Origin: Basidiobolus meristosporus CBS 931.73
Lineage: Eukaryota; Fungi; Basidiobolomycota
Length of the DNA stretch: 64,000 nucleotides
Assembly (NCBI GenBank): GCA_002104905.1
Contig: MCFE01000020.1
Location: 180,100 to 244,099 of the forward strand
Reading direction: 5' to 3'
A program made the translations under genes and the position numbers. Positions 54,732 through 64,000 of the stretch are shown in pieces (position 1 is the first letter of the stretch; each line of letters begins with the position of its first letter). The notes below the pieces were generated by a model. That model did not search any database and had not been told where the DNA came from. It worked only from the letters and a program-made list of their open reading frames with translations.

Positions 54732-55283
54732 ATGAAGAATACCCACGAGACGGTTTCCCAGAAGGAGGCTTCAGAACTGCTGGAAAGCATGAATAACATG
54801 GAGATCCCTAGACCCTACAAATGCCCGTTATGTGAGAAAGCTTTCTATCGCATTGAACACCGGACTCGCCATATTCGAATCCACACTGGCGAAAAGCCGC
54901 ATCAGTGCAGCCACCAGGACTGCTTGAAGCGATTCTCTCGGTTAGACGAGTTGATACGCCATGAAAAGATTCATGTTCGGCCTTGTAAGCGGGGACGCAA
55001 GCCCAAGAGCCGTGGTAGCCAAGTATCCCCTGGCTCTCAAACGACAGCCATCTACATTCCCAGTTGCGCTTCACGATCCAACTCACCCAACTCCGAGAGC
55101 GATGGGTCGGTCTCCACCCCATGCTCCTCGCCCAGGATTTCCACCTGCCCAGCCATTCAGCACGACAGTGGGAGTCTGCCGGGGTTTTCTGAGCTGATGC
55201 GGCGTATTCCGTACACCGACATATCAGCTCATTATCTTCCTAGAGTACATATGGACTGCTCCCACCTTCCACTGTACAAATAG
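54732..55283 (+). CDS. Intronless CreA/Mig1-type tandem C2H2 zinc-finger protein (183 aa)
   Basis: '[55 protein letters not shown]'; C-terminal 'LPGFSEL' repression-like motif. Confidence 0.85.
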   Translation: MKNTHETVSQKEASELLESMNNMEIPRPYKCPLCEKAFYRIEHRTRHIRIHTGEKPHQCSHQDCLKRFSRLDELIRHEKIHVRPCKRGRKPKSRGSQVSPGSQTTAIYIPSCASRSNSPNSESDGSVSTPCSSPRISTCPAIQHDSGSLPGFSELMRRIPYTDISAHYLPRVHMDCSHLPLYK

Positions 55284-56476
55284 ATCCTGTAGCATAGCCG
55301 TTGGCCACCAATATTTGTAAATAAACGCGTTTCCATCAGACCGGCCCATCTCACAAAAGCAAGGTGTTGAACTACCTGTTGCCAGCATCTGATTATGAGG
55401 CTGGTTGAATTGAGCGGGGCCCCGGATTGGAAATCATCTGATAACCTGGAGAAGCTGGTCATTGGGGCTTGCTATTGGTCTCGCTTGATATGGAGTCCTT
55501 ATTCGAGGTTCCGGGATTATCAGGCTGCCAGAATGCCTGCCCCTGATTTGTTGTGTGTGAGGGCTTCGTGGTACACCCACCCCATCTTCATAAAAACTGG
55601 AGCTAATGTTTCACAGGCTCCAGGTGGTTTGATTGTTGGGGATCTTCTAATCAGTGCTGCAGCTCAGCCGAGTTAACTCCATGCGTTATCTGATTCCGTC
55701 ACTGGCTACCATCTCGATTGTAACATTATTGCTCGAATACTCCGATAGGGGGTACAAAGGATAAGCCATGCGTATCTTGGGAGTGTCCTTTTGCTTAGCG
55801 CCTGACCCACGCATTTTTGAAGACATCGAGTAGTCGGGGCGCTGAGCACAGTGGAAGGTGGGGTACATATTAGCTAGTTTAGCTCCGCGTTTCCCTCAGA
55901 TCATCTGCCGCATGTAATATATAATATACTCCAAGCTATGTCACTGAGCCCCGGAATCTGGACAAAACTCAAGTGTTGAAGTCGCCCAATATCGACCAGC
56001 ATGCAACTACCCCACAACCTCACGACCATTGTTGCAAACTCATCTCTTCCGGTAGTGATACAACAATCTAAAGATGTGTACACAGTAGACTCCTTTGAGT
56101 TCTTTCAAGAAAAGTCCTCGGTAGTGTGGAGCTATTCTATGGCGACTGAAGTGCAGTGAGTAATACATTTGGCGGTTCCCATACGCGGTGATCAGTTTGC
56201 GATTAATCGGTCATATAGGGCGATCCCATCATTCGATTGATACCAACAGAGCTACTTTTTGGCGATAATGTTGGCAACAGTTTCCAATTACTAAAGTGTG
56301 TTCACATAAATGGTTTTGTGCCTACTTACCCACGCATTTTGACACGATTTGTCAATAATCTTCCATTGCTCAGTCCTGATCAATTGGGTAAAGAACAATG
56401 AGGATATTTTACTAATAAAGCATTCCCTATGAAAAATCTCAAACCTGGGATTCATCTGATTTTCAGCTGGTATTCC

Positions 56477-56851
56477 GCTTAGGGGAGGGAAAGTCGTCAA
56501 GGTAGGTGTGATATTTATTTGAATTTGGATAAGTCTAACTACAAATAAATAATCCAGCTGGGAACTTAAAGTTCCCATATTAAAGACCAAGTTGAGTATG
56601 AATAAATCAAAGCTAAAGTTGAGGCAGTATCCCAGAGTTCACTGGAATTCATGTTTATGGGGGAGTGAAGTAGATAAGCCTGAAAAATGTAATTTTGGGT
56701 TAGGGGAGGAAAGTCACCAAGTGGTGTAATCTTTATTTACTTATAACAAGTATTTAAAGAAGCCAAGTTAATCTGAAGTTATTCTTTAGGGTTAGGGGGG
56801 AAACAGTCACCAACAGGTGATATCTTTATTTCAGCTGAAACAAAGAAGCCA
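56477..56851 (-). repeat. Three copies of a ~70-85 bp two-hairpin + telomere-like motif downstream of the LINE (56477-56556, 56693-56766, 56785-56851)
   Basis: Element-sense consensus TGGCTTCTTTRTTT-loop-AAATAAAGA-TWTCACC-loop-GGTGAC-Yn-CCCCTAACCCTAAA. Confidence 0.85.
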
Positions 56852-56859
56852 GCACTACT

Positions 56860-59800
56860 GTTGTAGCTTTGATACAAGAATGTGTAGCTGAGGGGAGTTT
56901 GTAGGTAGGTTAATAAGAAGTGATGATAGTTCTTCTGTGCTCAAGACATTGTTCAGTGGGAAAGGGGTAGCAAGAGAGGTAAGAATGACTTGTGAGCAAC
57001 ATTAATGAGGGGAATGTGATAAGGATTGATATTCATCATAAAGGGAGTGTGCTGCTGCAGATATTGCTACCAAAGGTCTGTCAAGTACTTCAGGTAGGCC
57101 AGCTTGGGTTTTTCTGACTGCCAAATATAATGAGCAAACTTCTGACTTCAGGATCTCCAAGTATAGTTCTCCAGCAGGAGCCAGGTGTAGTGTGGTATGT
57201 TCTCTTCCATGCCTTAATCAGTGGGTTGTTGCAGTGGTGAAGTCTGAGATATAATCTGGTTCTAAGGTAGAGAAGTCTGATCTTATAGGGCATAAACCCA
57301 AGAGCACCAACAATAGTATGTCTGTAGGGGCATTCAGGCAAATGAGGCACCAAGGAGGTAATGCACCATACTGCAAACTTGTCAAGCTTAGTGCTGTCTC
57401 TAGAAGTAAGAGAGAGAAGTGGTAAGCCAAATTCCAGGACAGGGAAGACAAACTGCTTGAGTAGAAGGAGGCAGCTGGAAGCTGAAGTTGTAGGAGGAGT
57501 AACAGCCAGTAGCTTGTGGAGTGCCTGTCTTGCCAGGATAATTCTCTTCTTCAGGTGTGCTCCAGAGTCTAGTCCAGCAGGAAGGAGAGGAAAGCCAAGA
57601 TATGTAGCAGAAACCTGAGCAGTTAGAGTGGAGTTCTCCAAGTTAATGGGGCAGCCCAAAGGTGCTGTCTTTGCAATGGAAATCTGGATATTATTCTTCT
57701 GCAGATACTGGTGGATGGTCTGTGAGTCTTGTTGCACATTGGAGGAGGATATTCTGATGTCATCAGCAAAGAGAGTAACCAGGCAGTCAGCCAAGAATCT
57801 TAGGAAGTCATTCAGGAAGATGGCACACAGTATAGAACCAAGCACAGAGCCTTGAACCACTCCATTAGGAACTGAGAACACAGCTGATTGCTCACTTGGG
57901 TGAAGAACTCTTGCTTGTGGATCCAGAAACAGAGACCTGACAAGGAGGGTAAAAGAGGTACTGGAGAAGCATTGCAACTTGGACCAAAGCAGATTTCTGT
58001 CAACTGAATCAAAGGCCTTAGTAATATCAAACAGAACAGAGGGACACTTGCACTGGAGAGAGTGATCTTGACTAAGTATGACTGCATATTTCAAAGAGAG
58101 GCCAGGAACAAAGCCAAACTATGCAGGGTGAAACTTGAAGGAGTCAGAGTAGAGCTCCTAAGCAAGCAGAAGCTCAAATACCTTTCTGCAGGTGGGCAGC
58201 AGAGATATTGGCCTGTAGGAGCTAGGATCCAGGTGCTTTCCATTACCCTTGCATAGTGGCAGAACATTAGCAAAGGACCATTCCTCAGGAGTAGAAAGCT
58301 GGGCTGAGCATTGCTGAAACAGTGGAAGCAGAAGTGCAGACATGGCCTTGGTACTAGTCTTCAGAAGCTCATAGGAGATTGTGTCCACACCTGGGGCAGC
58401 AGAGTTGGGAAGCCTCTTGAGCACATTATGGATTCTCTCTTGATCAAGTGCAAGTGGGATGGGCAGAGTCTTGAAGTCAGGATGAAAGCCAGGAGTTGAG
58501 TACTGCTTTGTAGAGAAGAAGATGCTAGCCAGCTGTTCTGTTGAAGGTAACTTCCTGGAAGAGGGCCTCATTGTCCTGTAGAGTCTTGACACTGTTCTTG
58601 TTATAGAGTTGGAAGATTGCAGAGGCAAAGAACTCATAATATGGTCTCAGAGCTGAGTATGCAGAGTGTAGTGAATTGCCTTGGAGTGGTGTATGGCTGT
58701 CAGGAGGAGTTTCTCTGTTTTTGGGTTAGGGAAACTCAGGTAGCTTTGTAGCAGGGCTGAAACAATGGATTCCCATTTTCTTGAGGTAAAAGCAGTAGTC
58801 TTGCATGGCAGTGAGAGGGAGGCAGAGAGCAGAATTAGATGCTTCACAAAGAGCCAGGCATGGTTGTGATGATCTGGCAGAGAAAGTAGCAAACTGGCAA
58901 GCTTCAAGTAGTTCCCAAAGTCTTTCTTCTGATTTTTTGTAGCTTTGTGGGTGAGCATAGTAAGTTTTGGCAGCTTCTTCTTCACAACTAGTTGCATAGA
59001 GAGGAACCAGGCTAAGTGGTCAGAGGCTCTCAAGGATCCTAGCTCAGCTCCAGAGACTTGCTTGACTTCATTCACAAAGTTGAGGGCAGCAGCAGAAGGG
59101 CAGATCCAGTCAACACATCTTTTCTCAGATTGAGCACCTAGTGCTAGCAGATGGCTTTCTCTCACAAAGTTCAGTAGGAATGTAGACCTTGGCTTCATTC
59201 TTGCAGTCAGAGTAGTCTTGTTTTCAGGATGGGGTATGTTGAGATCTCCAAGCAAGATAACAGGTGTTGATATAGATTGCTGGTATTGCTGAGCTTTCTG
59301 GCATACAACTTGCACTTCCTGAAGGGGGAGACTTGGAGGCAGATAGCAGAGCACCAGACTGATAGTTGGCAACTGGAGAGCAGCACAGTAAGGGGAGTAA
59401 AGAGGAACACAGAGCTGAGGAGTATTGATGGTAGCAGAGATGAAGCTGACAGAGGAGGTATTCTTTGTTCTAGAAGTAGAAAAGCAATATAGATTAGTTA
59501 AAGTGTAGAGAGTAGATGGACATTAATCAAACACAGGAGGGAAAATCTTGAAAGAAGTCTCTCTAGAGTTGGTCTTGATGGCTGTATGCTGTTGCAGTTA
59601 AGCAACAGAACTTCAGGTAGTCAGGCAGAGGTTGTAGCTTCTTCAGAGGATTCAGATTCTTGAGGCACTATCTTGAAGTCAGTTTTCAGCCAGTTAAGGT
59701 TCTTCTCCACAAAGGCAACAGATGGATCAGCAATGTTTTGGTCCAGGATAACCTCCAGAATCTTCCCTTTTCTCCAGGCCAGGTTGACAATTCTTGAGAG

Positions 59801-60200
59801 CTGGATATTGCATGCCTTGAGTGCTTTCCTGATGTTGGAAATGGAAGTCCAGGGAACTTGCTTCAAGTACACTACAGTCCAGGTAGAAACTGGTGGTAGG
59901 TTTGCTGGGGGCTTGTAAGTCCTTCTGTGTTGCAATGCAGCTGCAGTAGTCAGATTGGAGTCCACATTCTCAGTAGAGGGTTTTCTTGATGTATCTTGCT
60001 GAATGGTACTGGAGCCGGATGTGCAAATAACTCTTGCTAGAACCTTGCCTGCATAAGTCTGAGGTATAGCTGAGGTGACTGTAGAGGTGGTAGCAGCTGG
60101 CACAGGTGGAGAGACAGAAACTGAAGCAGGAACTGAGGTCACCTGGGAGAAGGCAGTAGAAGCAGGTTTTCTGGGAGGAACAGAGTTCACTATCCAGTTG
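56860..60200 (-). mobile_element. Non-LTR retrotransposon (LINE): ORF1 59621-60190 and ORF2 (APE endonuclease + RT) ~59620-56860, inactivated by point stops
   Basis: APE 'LLLNCNS', 'CYLPPS', 'LLGDLNIPH', 'VDWI', 'SDH'; RT 'NSAAPGVD', 'YRPISLL', 'LFDITKAFDSV', 'GVVQGSVLG', 'LFADD', 'TYLGFP', 'FPVLEFG'. Confidence 0.93.
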
Positions 60201-60209
60201 TTCTTAAGG

Positions 60210-60374
60210 TTTAGGGTAAGGGAGGGAGAGTCACCAAGTTGGTGAAATCTTTATTTGAGTCAAGAATTAATCTAAGTACAAATAAAGAAGCCAATTAAGA
60301 GGTATTTAGGGTTAGGGGGGATGATAATCACCACAGGGTGAAATCTTTATTTAAATCATAAATAAAGAAGCCAA
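60210..60374 (-). repeat. Two further copies of the two-hairpin + telomere-like motif immediately upstream of LINE ORF1 (60210-60294, 60305-60374)
   Basis: Same consensus as 56477-56851; plus strand shows TTTAGGGTTAGGGGGG...TCACC..GGTGAAATCTTTATTT..AAATAAAGAAGCCAA. Confidence 0.9.
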
Positions 60375-60565
60375 ATTTGAATATGAATATTTGAGATGCA
60401 GTAAGCCTACAAGATAAACTTGGACTTTGCTGTATCCCAAATATCCTCAATATTGAAGTCTAGAGGAGAATGTAGCAAAACTGCTTGTTCACTGTAGTAT
60501 TTCTTGAGGAAGTTTGTAACTTGAAGGGAAGGAGAGTTTTTCAACAAGCTGGTAAACCTTTTGAG

Positions 60566-60695
60566 TGTTGTAAAAATTTGTATTTCCACCTAAATATTCA
60601 CCTAACTTAGTCACTTAGATCATTACCTTCAAATCCTAGAAAATACTGACCAAATTCCTTGTCGGGATTTACTTAGAATATTTTCACCAAAATAC
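60566..60695 (+). repeat. First 130 bp of a Copia LTR directly preceding a complete LTR of the same family
   Basis: TGTTGTAAAAATT... repeated at 60566 and 60696 with a few differences. Confidence 0.9.
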
Positions 60696-63600
60696 TGTTG
60701 TAAAAATTCATATTTTCCACCTAAATATTCACCTAACTTAGTCACTTAGATCATCACCTTCAAATCCAGGAGAATACTGACCAAATTCCTTGTCGGGATT
60801 TACTTAGAATATTTTCACCAAAATACTAGGTACCCAGAACATGAAAATTCTCAAAGTTGTCCAAACAGCCCCAAACTTTGCACACATGTTCTTGGGACCT
60901 TCCTTAACCTATTCTACGTGTTTGTAATGCCAAGACCATGTAAAAGTATAAATACTACTTTTACATTCAATAAATCATTAAGTGAAAACCACATAATCTA
61001 CTTGTTCTCCCAATCACTTCCAATATCTCCAAGACTCTTACAACAGGTTATGAGCCCCGAGCTGTCACTCTCTGCAATGTCTACTACTGCTATTTCTGGA
61101 ATTTTTCCCTCTGCTGAAAAGTTGGATGGATCTAACTACCAAGTGTGGAAGGTGAAGATGAAGATGCTGCTGCAAGAAAGAGGCCTTTGGGATATTGTCA
61201 TGGGAGAAGAATGCCCTCCTAAAAACGTGGGAGAGGAAGCCTTAAAGTACCAGAAGAAAGAACAAAGTGCCTTTAACTGCATTTGCCTTAATGTCAAGGA
61301 CAAATTGCTAATTCAATGCTCAAGAGCAAAAATGGCAAAGAATGCCTGGAAGGCATTAGAAGACACCTACCAGTCATGTTCAGCTGCCAAGAAAATGTAT
61401 CTGAGAAGAAAATTCTTTACTACAAAGATGCTGCCAGGAGAAGAAATGAAAAATCTAGTTAACAGAATTACCCTGCTGGTAGATGAGATGGAATCTGTGG
61501 GCGTACCAACTACTGATGAGGATGTGATAGTTACCATCCTGAATAGCCTGACAGACGAGTTTCAGGGCCTTGTATCAGCCCTAGAGTCCAGAACTGAAGA
61601 TTTGACCTTAAATTACGTATATGGAAGGCTCCTGGATGAAGAATTAAGAAAATCAAGCGCCAATAAGAAGGAAGAAGAAAATGCTTTAATAAGCAATGAT
61701 AACCAACAAAGGAGGTACCCAAGACCCTACAAAGGCAACAGCAACCTATTTTGCAACTACTGCAAAAGGAAAGGACACACATCAGACCGGTGTTTCAAAA
61801 AGAGAGATTATCAGCAAAAGAAGCCTGAATATGGAAATGCTGCAACAACTGAAGATAGACTATTCATATCTGCACTAAATATGACCACAAACAAGGATTC
61901 TCAGACGTGGTATATTGACTCTGGAGCTTCTCAACACTTTACACACCAAAAAGAACTTTTTACCCAATATCAAGAAATTCCAATTAAGAAGGTTTTCATG
62001 GGTGACAATAGAACACTTGATGCAGTGGGAGAAGGAACTATCCAAGTAAACCTTAGAAGCAGTGAAGGAAGCCATACACTGACCTTTAAAGAAGTACTCT
62101 ATGTACCAGAAATAGCCAAGAACCTACTCTCTGTAAGCAAGGCCACAGCAGAAGGACTCAGTTTCAGTTTTGACAATTCTGGATGCAGGATCACTGATCA
62201 AAATGGTGCCCATATTGCTTCGGGCATCAGAGATCAGAATCTATACAAGTTGACTTATATTCCATCATATCTGGAAGCCAATATAAGTAACTTAAATGAA
62301 GAAACACCAATGCTTTGGCACAGGAGATTTGGACACATCAATTTTGATTATTTGCGTAAAATGATCAAAGATCAGCTAATTTCTGGAGTGAAAATTGATC
62401 CCCCAGCTAATTTGGAGCACTGTGAAGCCTGCATATATGGGAAACAAGCCAGACAACCGTTCAAGAGCTCTGGGTTAATCAAAACTAAGAAAAAATTAGA
62501 TCTAATTCACTCAGATCTGTGTGGACCTATGCAAAATTTATCCTTAGGCGGGATGAAGTATTTAATCACTTTTATTGATGATTATACAAGATACACATGG
62601 GTCTACTTCATGGAGAGAAAGGAAGAAGCTCTGTCTAAGTTCAGGGAGTTTAAAGCCATGGTGGAGAGAGAAACTGGTGAAAAAATCAAGAAAATACGCT
62701 CTGACAATGGTGGAGAATATACCTCAAAACTCTTCATCCACTTCTGCAAAATTCATGGGATAAAGCAAGAGACTACTGTACCATACTCCCCACAGCAAAA
62801 TGGAGTAGCAGAACAAGCTAACAGATCAATAATTGATATGGCAAGATCTATGATCCATGATCAAAAATTATCCTATGATTTTTGGGCGGAATCAGTTGCC
62901 ACTGCTGTATACCTTAAAAATAGGAGTTATAACAGAATACTTTGTGATTCTACTCCATTTGAAGCATGGTATGGATACAGACCAAGTGCAGAACATCTAA
63001 GAATATTTGGGTGTACAGCATATGCCAAAAAACTGGCCGGAAATCAGTCAAAATTTGAGCCAAAAAGTGTAAAATGCATATTTTTGGGCTACTGCAATGA
63101 GAGTAAGGCATACAGACTCTACAATACCAAAGCAAAGAAGCTGATCAAGTCCAGGGATGTGTTGTTTGATGAAAATTCAAAATTTTCACAAAAAATGACA
63201 TCAGATGATGACGAAAATTTGATCTCAAGTCCACCAATTGTCAGGATTGAATCAGAGCAAAACAATGAAATTTTTTCACTCCAGAGGACTCTACAACCGT
63301 GGTTCAGCCAGAATCAGTGCCCAGGAATATCCCAGAAGTGATCATTCCAGTATCAAATGCCCGGAGATCAAATTGGACAAGAAATAGCCCAAATTACTAT
63401 ATCAATGAGGGTACAAACTTAGCCTATGCCTATTCAGTCCATATTGATGAACCCCAGACTGTAAAAGAGGCCCTAAATAGCCCTCAGACAAAGTTTTGGA
63501 GATCTGCAATGACTGAGGAATATCAGGCCCTGATGGAAAATCAAACTTGGGACTTAGTCAAATTACCAATCAACCAAAAATCAATTGGATGCAGATGGGT

Positions 63601-64000
63601 CTTCAAGACAAAATACAAGGCTGATGGTACAATTGAAAGATACAAAGCAAGACTTGTAGCCAAAGGATACTCTCAAACAAAAGGACTTGACTATACTGAG
63701 ACCTTTGCACTGGTAGCCAAGTTTAATTCCATCAGATTAATATTGGCTATTGCAGCCAAATATAAGTTTTTTATTCATCAAATGGATGTAAAAACTGCAT
63801 TTTTGAATGGAGAACTTGATGAGGACGTGTATATGGACCAGCCTGATGGGTTTGTTGACCAAGATAACCCCCATTTGGTCTGCAAGCTTAAAAAGTCACT
63901 ATATGGTCTCAAACAATCACCAAGAGCCTGGAATTGCAAGATAGATTCTTATTTGGAATCTTTGAGTTTCAAAAGGAGTAATGCTGAACTATAGTATATA
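60696..64000 (+). mobile_element. Young Ty1/Copia retrotransposon (5' LTR 60696-61045, PBS 61046-61057), running off the window
   Basis: LTR TG...CAACA; PBS GGTTATGAGCCC complementary to the anticodon arm of initiator tRNA-Met; gag-PR-IN-RT order. Confidence 0.97.
61077..63994 (+). CDS. Copia gag-pol polyprotein, nearly intact; apparent +1 frameshifts at a T run (~63272) and near 63988
   Basis: 'KLDGSNYQVWK', knuckle 'CNYCKRKGHTSDRC', PR 'WYIDSGASQH', 'LWHRRFGH', IN 'IHSDLCGP...RSDNGGEY', RT 'YKARLVAKG...QMDVKTAFLNG...SLYGLKQSPRAW'. Confidence 0.92.

Noticed and set aside
56477-60374. Interpretation of the LINE-flanking motif as a hammerhead or HDV ribozyme, or as a CRISPR-like array
   Set aside because: No CUGANGA core or nested HDV pseudoknot could be built on either strand; units lack regular unique spacers and the context is eukaryotic

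Overview
Eukaryotic, intron-rich fungal DNA, most likely an early-diverging lineage (inference from short introns, a U12 AT-AC intron, and USP48/ABCB8/eIF3L orthologues). The window has three compartments. (1) 1-~22250 is a nearly CpG-free transposon graveyard: CACTA/Tnp2 remnant, nested Ty3/Gypsy > Ty1/Copia > palindromic MITE, PIF/Harbinger fragment, a second Gypsy copy and solo LTRs. (2) ~22250-~56400 is a gene island with normal CpG: CDC48, a Whi3/Scw1-like RRM protein, USP48, NCBP1/CBP80, a Voa1/Ac45-like protein, VMA5, eIF3L, a HIT-family gene missed by the ORF track, an ArAE/FUSC membrane protein, an ABCB8-like transporter and a CreA/Mig1-like zinc finger. (3) ~56450-64000 is a second TE block: an APE-type LINE and a young, nearly intact Copia. 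The best novelty candidate is the LINE. It is bracketed on both sides by five copies of a two-hairpin motif with covarying stems that ends in a telomere-complementary CCCTAACCCTAAA tag, and its ORF1 and ORF2 are in frame across a single TGA-CTA. Other highlights are a U12 AT-AC intron in NCBP1, a HIT protein with a degenerate histidine triad, and C-to-T hypermutation confined to repeats. Coordinates and alignments were read by eye; no searches were run.
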